Assembly: GCA_951804945.1 (NCBI GenBank)
Contig: OX638153.1
Coordinates: forward strand, 50,778,001 to 50,842,000
DNA length: 64,000 nucleotides
Direction of reading: 5' to 3'
From: Podarcis cretensis
Lineage: Eukaryota
A program made the translations under genes and the position numbers. The notes under the pieces were generated by a model. The model had not been told where the DNA came from. It saw only the letters and a program-made list of their open reading frames with translations, and searched no databases. Positions 38,525 through 50,274 of this stretch are shown in pieces. Positions within the stretch are counted from its first letter, which is position 1; every line of letters begins with the position of its first letter.

Positions 38525-39377
38525 TGCTGCTGCTGCTTGCGTGAGTGTTGGGAGGACCGCTCCCTCTCCTGCCAACTCCATCCGGCCTAGGGGGCGGGGC
38601 CTGCACTCACACCCACAGCATAAGAGGCCTGAGAGAGGCCTCCGGGACACGGCTGCTGCTGCTGCTGCTGCTTGCGTGAGTGTTGGGAAGACCGCTCCCT
38701 CTCCTGCCAACTCCATCCGGCCTAGGGGGCGGGGCCTGCACTCACACCCACAGCATAAGAGGCCTGAGAGAGGCCTCCGGGACACGGCTGCTGCTGCTGC
38801 TGCTGCTTGCGTGAGTGTTGGGAAGACCGCTCCCTCTCCTGCCAACTCCATCCGGCCTAGGGGGCGGGGCCTGCACTCACACCCACAGCATAAGAGGCCT
38901 GAGGTTTCCGGGACACGGCTGCTGCTGCTGCTTGCATGAGTGTTGGGAGGACCGCTCCCTCTCCTGCCAACTCCATCCGGCCTAGGGGGCGGGGCCTGCA
39001 CTCACACCCACAGCATAAGAGGCCTGAGGTTTCCGGGACACGGCTGCTGCTGCTGCTTGCATGAGTGTTGGGAGGACCGCTCCCTCTCCTGCCAACTCCA
39101 TCCGGCCTAGGGGGCGGGGCCTGCACTCACACCCACAGCATAAGAGGCCTGAGGTTTCCGGGACACGGCTGCTGCTGCTGCTTGCATGAGTGTTGGGAGG
39201 ACCGCTCCCTCTCCTGCCAACTCCATCCGGCCTAGGGGGCGGGGCCTGCACTCACACCCACAGCATAAGAGGCCTGAGGTTTCCGGGACACGGCTGCTGC
39301 TGCTGCTTGCATGAGTGTTGGGAGGACCGCTCCCTCTCCTGCCAACTCCATCCGGCCTAGGGGGCGGGGCCTGCACT
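38525..39377 (+). repeat. Tandem array of about 6.7 monomers (two 135-bp and four 125-bp periods)
   Basis: Anchors gtgag/atgag at 38541, 38676, 38811, 38936, 39061, 39186 and 39311. Each unit has (GCT)n and GGGGCGGGGC. Confidence 0.95.
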
Positions 39378-39660
39378 ACCACTACAGTTTAGAGGCCTGA
39401 GCAGCTACCGGCAGCAATGGACAAAATGGTTTTAAATGTTTTAATCGCTTTTATTTGCAGCACTTTAAATGGTGGTTGTTGTTTTTTATAATATTATATT
39501 ATTTCATTATTTTATTTTTGCTTGGGGTGGGATAAGCACTGAGTCAGCACTATTGTTCTTTGCTTTGTTTTGTTTTGTTTTGTTCTGTTTTGTTTTATTA
39601 TTATTATTATTCTGTTAAATTATTATATAGTTTGTATTTTGCCTTTTAAGGGGAAGGGTC

Positions 39661-42600
39661 ATGGCTGCCTGGGAGTGGGCCTCAGCCAATAGATTGGGTG
39701 GGGCAGGTTCCACAGGGGGAGATGTATTGGGACACCCGATCTCAGTGATCACGGGCAGGAGGAGGAGTTATGCTAAGACCAGACCATGTCATTACCGAGG
39801 AGGCAGGTTTAGTCGTTGTTTGAGGACTATCCCTGCCTCCAGGTCTGGTCCTGACCGGAAGGATACAGTAATCAGCAAGGGAAACCCACATGACCTGAAA
39901 GTGTTGCTGTGCAATGCCAGGTCAATGATGAATAAAACCACTGCCATCCACGACCTGATTGTGGATGGAGGATTTGACCTGGCATGTGTGACAGAGACCT
40001 GGTTGGATGAGGCAGATGGGCCTGTCCTTGCCGCTGCCTGCCCACCAGGTTTCTCTTACGCACAGCAACCCAGGTCATGTGGGCGGAGAGGGGGGGTTGC
40101 AGTGATTTTTAGGAAGTCATTAGTCTGCACCAGGCGTCCTATTGGGAAGACCCAGTTTTCTGAGTGCATGTTCTGGAAGTTGGGCAATAGGGGCAGTACA
40201 GGATTCCTACTGGTGTACTGACCTCCCCGCTGCACCAAGGATTCCCTGCCCGAGCTGCTTCAGGTCTTGGCGGATATGCTCCTGGAGACACCTAGCTTGG
40301 TTGTCCTGGGGGATTTTAACATCCATGCCGACACGACCTTACAAGGGGCCGCTCGGGACTTCGTGGAAAGCATGGCCTCCATGGGGCTGTCCCTGAATAA
40401 GTCTGGCCCAACTCATAGCCACGGACATGCCTTAGACTTGGTGTTTACCTCTACGGATGTTGGTGATCTGACATTAACTAAAAGCGAAACAAAAGAAGTG
40501 CCATGGTCAGATCACTTCCTGGTGCAACTGGACTTCTCCGCAACCCTTCCCCTCCGCAGGGAGGTGGGACCGATTCGGATGGTCCGCCCCCGCCACTTAA
40601 TGGATCCAATTGGCTTCCAGAGAGTGGTAGGGGATGCTTTATCCCAAGTTGATGGCTTTTCAGCTGATTCCCTGGTGGCACGCTGGAATGCGGAGTTAAC
40701 CAGGGCTATTGACTGTCTGGCTCCGAAGCGCCCTCTCCGATTGCATGGAGCCCGGACAGCCCCGTGGTTTTCCCCGGAGCTGAGGGTGATGAAACAATCG
40801 TTGAGACGGCTAGAGCGCCGGTGGCGGAAAACTCATTCTGAATCAGACCGGACACGGGTTAGAGCTCAACGTCGAGCCTACCAAGTGGCAATGGCGACGG
40901 CGAAGAGGGCCTTCTTCACCGCCTCCATTGCATCTGCAGAAAACAGCAGCAGGAGACTTTTTCAGGTGGTTCGCAGTTTATCGGAACCACCTGTACCACC
41001 GGGGCCTGGTAGGGACCCCAAGATCTCCTGCAATGCTTTTGCAAAGTTTTTTGCAGATAAAATCGCTCAGATTCAGAAGGAGGTAGACTCCACAGTGGGA
41101 GCAGGGCCAGGGCGGGAGAGTGCTAGAGTTCTGTCTGGTCCTGTTATATGGGATCAATTCCAATCTGTTACCTCCGAGGATGTGGACAGGCTGCTTGGTC
41201 GAGTGAAACCGACCACCTGTCTCCTTGATCCTTGCCCATCCTGGCTGATAAAAGCAAGCCGGGAAGGGCTGGGCGATGGGCTTTGCGGGGTGGTGAATGC
41301 TTCCCTCTGTGAGGGAGCCTTCCCAGACCCGCTGAAAGAGGTGGTCATTAAACCGCTTCTTAAAAAAACATCTTTAGACCCGGCCAATTTGGCCAACTAT
41401 CGCCCAGTCTCAAATCTGCCATTCTTGGGCAAGGTGATTGAGCGGGTGGTTGCTGAACAACTCCAAGCACGCCTGGAGGAAACGGACCATTTGGATCCCT
41501 TCCAATCGGGATTCAGGCCTCATCATGGGACTGAAACTGCCTTGGTCGCGCTGGTTGATGATCTCCGGCGGGCTAGGGACAAAGGTGAGAGCTGTTTCCT
41601 AGTTCTGCTGGATCTCTCAGCGGCCTTTGACACCATCGACCATAACATCCTTCTGGACCGTCTAGAGGGGCTAGGAGCTGAGGGCACTGTTATACAGTGG
41701 TTTCGCTCCTTCCTCCTGGGCCGTGTTCAGAAAGTGGTGGTGGGGGATGAGTGTTCAGACCCTTGGGCCCTCACTTGTGGGGTACCTCAGGGTTCCGTCC
41801 TCTCCCCCATGCTTTTTAACATCTATATGAAGCCGCTGGGAGAGATCATCAGGGGGTTTGGACTGGGTGTTCATCAGTATGCAGATGACACCCAGCTCTA
41901 CCTCTCCTTTAAATCAGAACCAGTGAAGGCGGTGAAGGTCCTGTGTGAGTGCCTGGAGGCGGTTGGAGGTTGGATGGCGGCTAACAGATTGAGGTTGAAT
42001 CCTGACAAGACAGAAGTACTATTTTTGGGGGACAGGAGGCGGGCAGGTGTGGAGGATTCCCTGGTCCTGAATGGGGTAACTGTGCCCCTGAAGGACCAGG
42101 TGCGCAGCCTGGGAGTCATTTTGGACTCACAGCTGTCCATGGAGGCGCAGGTTAACTCTGTGTCCAGGGCAGCTGTTTACCAGCTCCACCTGGTACGCAG
42201 GCTAAGACCCTACCTCCCCGCGGACTGTCTCGCCAGAGTGGTGCATGCTCTGGTTATCTCACGCTTGGACTACTGCAACACGCTCTACGTGGGGCTACCT
42301 TTGAAGGTTACCCGGAAACTGCAATTAATCCAGAATGCGGCAGCTAGACTGGTGACTGGGAGTGGCCGCCGGGACCACATAACACCGGTTCTGAGAGATC
42401 TGCACTGGCTCCCAGTACGTTTCCGAGCACGATTCAAAGTGTTGGTGCTGACCTTTAAAGCCCTAAACGGCCTCGGTCCTGTATACCTGAAGGAGTATCT
42501 CCACCCCCATCGTTCAGCCCGGACACTGAGATCCAACGCCGAGGGCCTTCTGGCGGTTCCCTCATTGCGAGAAGTGAGGCTACAGGGAACCAGACAGAGG

Positions 42601-42726
42601 GCCTTCTCGGTAGTGGCGCCCGCCCTGTGGAACGCCCTCCCATCAGATGTCAAAGAGATAAAGAACTACCTGAAATTCAGAAGACATCTTAAGGCAGCCC
42701 TGTTCAGGGAAGTTTTTAATATGTAA
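39661..42726 (+). pseudogene. L2 endonuclease-reverse transcriptase ORF (1021 codons) broken by one TGA at 40219-40221
   Basis: ORFs 39661 and 40267 are in the same frame. APE motifs NARS, VTETW, Y*PP (normally YRPP), GDFN, SDH. RT motifs QSGFR, LDLSAAFD, GVPQGSVL, YADD. Confidence 0.92.
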
Positions 42727-44360
42727 TGCTGTACTGTTTTTAACACTGATTAGGAGCCGCCCAGAGTGGCTGGGGAAACTCAGCCAGATGGGCGGGGTAT
42801 AAATAATAAATTATTATTATTATTATTATAAAGCAACTGAAAAAGTGTGGACGAGCCTTTAGTTACCACTGAAGCTGAAGCCCATCTGTTTGTGTCTTTG
42901 GGCAGGAAAGAGCTAAGCAAAAACATGCTTGCCTTTCATATGCACAACCTCATGGCCGATGCAGGTATGGGTGCCTTGGCTTATCCCAAAGCTTTAGAAG
43001 CATCCCACACTTAGGTCTCCAAGAATATGGAAATGCATAGAGGTGGGAAGGTGAATTTATCTCCATTTTCATTTTGTACCTCTGTGTTGTTCATCTCAAT
43101 ACTGTACATCCCAATCAAATACATAGTATACTCATTTTATTCTAAAAGTATGTGAAAGATTAGCACAGAATGATTTTATGTAATAGCACAAAATATATAA
43201 TCAGCGACATTTTTAAAATACAACCTGAATCTTTATTCAGGGTTTTTGTTATATGTTTAACTATTTTGTCTTCTATATGTCTCAAACAGCTCATTTGTTT
43301 ATCTTCAAGGTTTGAAAAGGCAGCATAATAGTAAGTGAAGACTTCTATAGAATCAAGAAACCCCTAAATGAGCCAATTAGTGGGGCTATACTAGACTAAG
43401 AATTTTAAAGCCATTATACATCCTCCTTTACATTTCTTTACTTCGTAATGCCATCACTTATGATTAGAGTATACATATTTTATACAGCAAAATCAATTTG
43501 CTGGTAATAGCTCACTTTTCACTGCAACAATAAACTTCAGTTGCACCAATTTTTTATTTTGCTATCTTCAGCTACAATACTTTAGCAACTGCAAATAATA
43601 CATGATGTATTCCTTACATATTGTTTGCAAAAATGAATGACAGATATTTGTTTTCATAGATATTTTGATAGTAGAATCTACCACCATCTCTCAAACCTTT
43701 TTTTTTTGGCAGAGATAACCCTCCCTCACCTCTGTTAAAAGATGAATACAAGCACAAACTAGCAGTCTCTCTTCTTTTCCTTGCTTATATTGTGGAACTT
43801 CCATGATAGACAAGAATTGGTTTTGAAAATTCGTAGCTAGCAACAATATAGCGCACAGAATATATTCTCAATATCACATTCATCCATTCATTCATTCCCA
43901 AGTGAGCAGGAATACAACTCTTTTCATTGTGTACATATGCTAGGCATATTCACCTGGTATCATCATCATTATCCTTCAAATGTCAAGTTGGTCCTGGTTT
44001 TTTGAGTTTTCAAAAGCAATTAACTGATCTATTTGTTTATTTCTGCTCTTTTACACGTTGTCTTGTTTATTTGGGAAATCTGTAAAAGTCCTCAAAGAGG
44101 CTAACAAAATGCATATAAAATACAGTAAAATACTCTTGTCAAAATACCGTCAATAAAAAGCTGCAAATACAAGACAAAATCTTGGATCTAAAGGTGTAGT
44201 TGCATGAACAGAATTCATTTCAATTTGTGCAAAGAGGGTTCCCAATTTTCAGCAATTCCCCCTTTCTGCTGCAAAGCTCTTGCCACATGCTATGCTGTTC
44301 TAGAGGGTCCACCAGCCTCCAAGAGCAGATTTTCAGGATGTGCAGGTGACAGAAGAAAGG

Positions 44361-44367
44361 TGTGTGT

Positions 44368-44401
<34 letters not shown>
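44361..44401. repeat. (TG)n microsatellite
   Basis: Visible TG run. Confidence 0.9.
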
Positions 44402-44403
<2 letters not shown>

Positions 44404-46499
44404 CTAGCTCTTGAACAACACTTCATAGAACTCTACCACTGCCAGAATTTCTTCCAAAGTCACATTTCTGGAGCCAATTCAACATAAATTTGTAGCAGTA
44501 GCAGAATTAAAACTAATCAAATACCTCTGAAGATAGGATGGCCCCCTTTCTGCTGAAGGCCCCTTCTGTTCAAATGGGTAGGAAATTGGCTCCAGAGCGA
44601 AATAATTAAACTCTGCCAGACTTGCTGTATTGTTGAGGTTGGGGACTGGCTATGCAGCTTTACTCACCTCCTAGACCTTGGCCACTAACTTACATTGCTA
44701 CAGCACTTAGATTTTGATCTCACTGTCCAGACCACAGAGCACCTAGCCCTGACACTCTGTTACAGAGTTAGAAGAAAAGCTCTAAAAAATCCCAGCTGTG
44801 AAAGTGTACAGGTTCAGGGCTGCGGATAAGCATGTGGATAGGAAATTTAAAGACCAATTTCCCACACTATGCTGTTGAACTGCAGCACTTCCTCTCCATC
44901 ACCACTTCCCTGTCCAGTTAGCACTTTAAGGCATTATGGGGGCTGCCAGTTTTCTCGAGCTCACAACTTGAATGTGACTAGTTATAGGTAGAAAATTAAA
45001 CATATAGATCAGTGATCATTTGTCCTAAATGGCACTAATGAAATACTACTACTGCTTTGGCATTATACCAAAAAGTACATTTCCAAGGACAAATGCAACA
45101 GCATTTTTAAAATATTAACAAAATCTCTAGTTTGTTCCAATAATACCCAGTCTGTCAAACTCATTACCCTTCTGTTGACTGGCTATTAATAGTTATTTCT
45201 TAATATCTCTCTGAGTCCTTCTTGGGAGGTCAATATATAGGCCAGAAGAAAACAAATCAATGCATGTTTCATGCATACAAGGTGGTCACTATACCAACAC
45301 CCTGTTTTATTTTCAACATATTTTCCATTTGGTTGGTTAATGGACTGAGGCTTTTAACTACTCACTTGCATTTAGCATTGTAACATTATTTACTTGTAGT
45401 AACTTGTAGTAACTAAGGTAAAACAAGTAGTGAGATACTGTGAATTTAAACAGCATAAATTGATGGGATTTGTCAAATAACAATGTTGTCATTTGACAAA
45501 TAGGCAGAATGTATGTCTTCTGTTGATGGGTGTCAACAGAATTTAGAATGGAAATCTTTATATCTAAGTTGCAGAGATTATTTTTATTATTTTAAACATT
45601 CACACCCCACCTTTACAGAATGAATCCAAAAAAGTTAACATCATAACTTACCAATTTTAAAAAACAATTTGATAACAGTCTCCAGAAATGTAACATGTAA
45701 CCATGAAAATAAGCTGGCTTTCAGAGGGACAATGTCAGTTTAAATGTTATGCTTGAAAGTCTTATTTAAACATCCAGTATATATATAGTATTGAATATTT
45801 TATGAGTTCCTGAGAAAAAGGTATTGCTTTGTCCCTTAAGTGATTATTGAGAACCCCATGATTCCATATGCTCCCAACATACAGGGGATCCAAATCAGGA
45901 TGCTTGGTTTTTTTGGTCCCGAGCTCTCACGACAGCCAGCTGACTCACACCAGAGCATAGGACCAAAAACCAGGAGATTCCTGGGTCCAACCATAAGCCA
46001 AGAATGGCTTCTGTAATTCCGGGATGTCCTGCTTAAATCGGGACAGTTGAGCAGTATATGATCAGTTCAGGGGTTATTCAAACCAACTGCCATAAACTCC
46101 AGCTGAATGAAACAGGCAAAGAATCAACCACAGCATCTGTATTTCTCAGGCACGAGTTGCAGGAATTTTAATATTATGCTCACTTATTTGTGATCCTGTA
46201 GTATCTATTCTCTTATCTATAACAGTTCATAGATCTATATAAAAAGAAATGTGCCCTAATGTGAAACCTGGATAGATTCCAAGCTACTTTGTCACACTAA
46301 TATCATCTACTCTAAATAATCAAGGTGCCCCTTGGCCTTTCAATTCCCTTAAGCATATAGTACTTAAAAAGTGTAAGGTATAAAGTTTAACAGTTTTAGC
46401 TGGGAATTTCTAATAAAGGAAGAAGGAAGGGCTATGAATTCTTTTCATATGGTATATGCAGCAGACAACAGCATCACACATCATTTTAATCAACAGTAT

Positions 46500-47976
46500 G
46501 CAGATGTAATTTCAGAGCCTTTGTCTATAATCTTTGAGATTTCTTGGAGAACAGGTGAGGTCCCTGCAAACTGGAGGTGGGCAAATGTTGTCCCCATCTT
46601 CTAAAAGGTGAAAAAAGTGAGCTTGATATGATACCAGGAAAGATCCTTAAACAGATAATTCAGCAGTCAGTCTCTGAGCACTTAGAAAAGGATGCTGCGA
46701 TTACTAAGACATACCATAGATTTCTCAATAACAAGTTATGCGAGATGATTCTCATTTCTTTTTTTGATGGAGTTACAAGCTTGGTGGATCAGGGGAATGC
46801 TGTGGACATGGTGTCTCTTGATTTCAGTAAGGCTTTTGACAAAAGTCCCCCATACTATTCTTGCAAGGAATATCTTGTGAGGAATTTACCACTGGTAAAA
46901 TGTGGACTGAACGAGGTAACTGTTATGTGGCTTTGTAGTTGATTGACTGACCGAACCCAAAGAATACTCATTAATGGTTCCTTGTCATCCTGGAAAAAAC
47001 GGGACAAGTGGGGTGGCACATGGTTCTGTCCTGGACCCATTGTTGTTCAACATCTTTACAAATTATTTGGATGAAGGAATTGAGGGGATGTTCATCAAAT
47101 TTGTAGATGACACTAAACTGGGAGGGGTAGCTAATGCTGCAGACAGAATCGGGATTCAAAATGACCGTAACAGATTGGAGAGCAGAGCCCAAACTAACAA
47201 AATAAATTTCAATAGGGGCAAGTGTAAGGTTCTGCACTTAGACAGGAATAACCACCTGCACCAGTATAAGATGGGGTACACCTGGCTTACTAGCAGTACA
47301 TGTGAAAAGAAACTAGGGGTCTTGGTGGACCACAAGCTTAACGTGAGTCAACAGTGTGACGCACACAGCAAAAAAAGCTAATGCTATTATAGGCTGCATC
47401 AACAGAAGTACAGTGTCCAGATCAAGGAAAGTAATAGTATCATTCTTTTCTGCCTTGCTCATAACACACCTGGAATCCTGTGTCCAATTCTGGGCACCAC
47501 AATTTAAGAAAGATGTTGACAAGCTAGAACATGCACAAAGGAGGGCAACCAAGATGAACAAGGGTCTGGAAACCAAGCCTTGTGAGGAACGGTTGAAGGG
47601 GCTGAGTATGTTTAGCCAGGAAAAGAGGAGACTGAGAGGTGATATGATCATCCTCTTCAAATATCTGAAGGGCTGTCACATGGAAGAGGGAACAAACTTG
47701 TTTTCCCTTGCTCTGGAGGGTAGGACCTGAACCAATGGCTTCAAGTTACAAGAAAGCAGATTCCGATTAAACATCAGGAAGAACTTTCTGACAGTAAGAG
47801 CTGTTCAACAGTGGAATGGTTTCCCTTAGGAGGTTTGTACTCTCCTTCATTGGAGGTTTTTAACCAGAGGTTGGATGGCCATCTGTCATGGCTGCTTTAG
47901 CTGACATTTCTGCATGGCAGAGGCTCACTAGATTATCCTTTGGGTCCTTCCAACTCTACAATTCTTTGATTCTATG
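46500..47976 (+). mobile_element. CR1 LINE 3' part, frameshifted
   Basis: LDFSKAFDK, SGVAHGSVLDP, KFVDDTKLGG, CVQFWAPQFKKDVDKLE, LRGDMI. 3' end ccttccaactctacaattctttgattctatga (ATTCTATG-type tail). Confidence 0.92.
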
Positions 47977-50274
47977 AATGGATGCATCAGATGTGAGGAA
48001 CATGCTGTCCTACAGATGTTACTGGACCACAACTCTCATCATGCATGATCAGTGGCCAAGCTGGTTAGGGCTGACAGGAAACAGAGATCATCCGGAGGAC
48101 CACAGGTTTTCCATCCCTTGCATAAACCACCAGCAAAACTTTCCTTGGTTTTCCACACATGTAGACATGTAAGAAAAGGTGATCTCTAGATAAGAGAGTA
48201 TAGAATTCAACACTTCACTTAGCACAGTCATTAGCTTTTCCCCAAGTCTATGTCTATCCTCACTGCTTCCTTCCTTCCTTTACCTTCCCCTTCTGTTTCT
48301 TACCCCAAGGAAGTGAATAAAAGATACGAATCAATGTCAAAAATCAAATTCAACCATTATGTTAAAGTATACAGCTGTCCAGTAGCAAAATCTGTATTTC
48401 TGGCTGAACAATCCATGTTCTCTAGTAAATAATTCAGTATTACAAAAGTCCTGGATTTTCACATCCCTCTGTTGTAGTAGTTCATACAAGATACCACAAG
48501 TCCAACAAATATTTGCTAATTTTGCCCCACAGATACACACAGAGATTGTTAAAATAAGAATTATTGTATGTTAATGTATTTCTAGAGGACAAAGAATCAA
48601 TCATTGGACAAATCATTATGAAGAAAATGTTTTCAACCAAGTTTCTAAATGATATGATTAAAAATGTAACACAAAATGAGTCAGAGTATCTTTTTCCAGA
48701 CACACTAAACCAAACAGCAAGCAAGACACAAAACACAGATTTGGAATGAAATATTTATAAGTGGTTTCAAAGAAGTAAACATAATAAATACGTTTAAAAT
48801 GACATCCAACTATTATCCCAATTTATGTAAATTCTGACAATGCATTTTAAATAAGCATTTCAAAAACAAATCACCAGGAAACTTTCAAGTATTGCTCTAG
48901 AGCTAGTATCTTTTAGCGTATTATTGTTCAAGATGGTCTTTCATTTGATTCTGTGCATCTTCCTCTCTGCCTACTTCGTAATAGCTATGGCTCATGATGA
49001 GGCACTTTGGCATCACTATTATATAATGTTTCTCCTTGATGCTGAAATTTCCTCTTCACAGCAAATGAAAATTAGAGTATCTAAGTGCTGCAATATAAAG
49101 ATTTCTAAACTGGCTGCTGGGGAAGCTAATTTGCAAGTGCTAAAAATCAATCTTTCAGATATTGATACATAAAGTAAGCAGTAGCCTACAGAAAACAGTA
49201 GGCTCCATTTTGTGTTGTCTCACTGGCTTACCTCATTAGCAAGAAATATGAACATGGCTTATATTTAACAAGGATTCCCCAGAATTCCTCTAAGCTCAGT
49301 TTTGATAGTTCCCATTTTCACTGATACAGTATAGTCCTAGAAGATGCACAAGTTGCAGTGGATATTGTGGGGAGAGGGCCTTCTCAGCATTGGTGCCCAT
49401 GAGTAGAACCTCATTTGTGGAGTGGCTAGGAAGACCCCCCCTTGGTGCCTACCTTAATAGCATTTCAATACATGCCAAAGATCATTTCATTTTCCTAAGC
49501 CTTTTAAATGTGAAAAATTAATTCTGTTTTTAAGATGCTTTTTAAAAATCTGCTACTTTTAGATTTTATTGTAATGCTACATTCTTTTTACTTTTATTTA
49601 CGTATGGGTTATGCAGGAATAAACTAACTAGGTCTCCAGGTTGGCAGGTACACCTCTCAATAGGTACGAATCTTGTCATCCATTGTTTTCATCCTCTGTT
49701 ATTGTTGTTATAATCCTCTATGTCATATTATATTTACTTTCAACTAGACGGAAGAATAAAGAAGATGTGATGCCGCAGGATATTGCTTGGATCTTCCAAC
49801 ATTTGGATGGAGAAGCACAGGGAAGGTCCAATTTTGATTGGGAGAAGTGGAGTTTGATCTGTTCCTCCTTGAAAGTGGAATATATCTACACATACTATAA
49901 AGGGCAGCATTCTTCTTTTTTGGCAAGTGATAGATTGGGGAAACGGTGTGAGGAGGAAGAGCTTAATTACCCATCTCCCACACTGCCAACGTTCTAATAA
50001 AGAGTGGAGCCTATTGCAGTTGTTATAAACTAAAAAGAAGGCAATTGTGGTTCTCCAGCATCACAACTGTTTGATCCCAGACAATCAATGGCAACACCGA
50101 GCTAAATCTTATCCATCAACAAAGACAATATTTCCAGTGGATCATACAGCTGCAAGTATCTGGTGTAGGACAACTCACTCACAGGCTAGTCACTATGGGC
50201 AAAGTTTGTCTAAGGAATAGGCCCTAGTAATATAGAAACATTTTGCAGACTTTGTTGCATTTGGCAGTAAACTG

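Larger units (their letters stand above)
38525..42829 (+). mobile_element. Near full-length L2-clade LINE with single APE-RT ORF, tandem-monomer 5' region, 3' stem-loop and (TTA)n tail
   Basis: Tandem array 38525-39377, AT-rich spacer, ORF 39661-42726, 3'UTR hairpin 42757-42795, then aataataaa(tta)n. Antisense to ATRNL1. Confidence 0.92.

Noticed and set aside
38525-39377. Regular repeat array resembling CRISPR
   Set aside because: Units are contiguous with no unique spacers, there are no cas genes, and the DNA is vertebrate.
38486-39382. Several repetitive Ala/Ser/Cys-rich ORFs as a possible L2 ORF1 or novel protein
   Set aside because: They are translations of the tandem array. The 125-bp period shifts frame each unit, and no ORF1 domain is recognisable.
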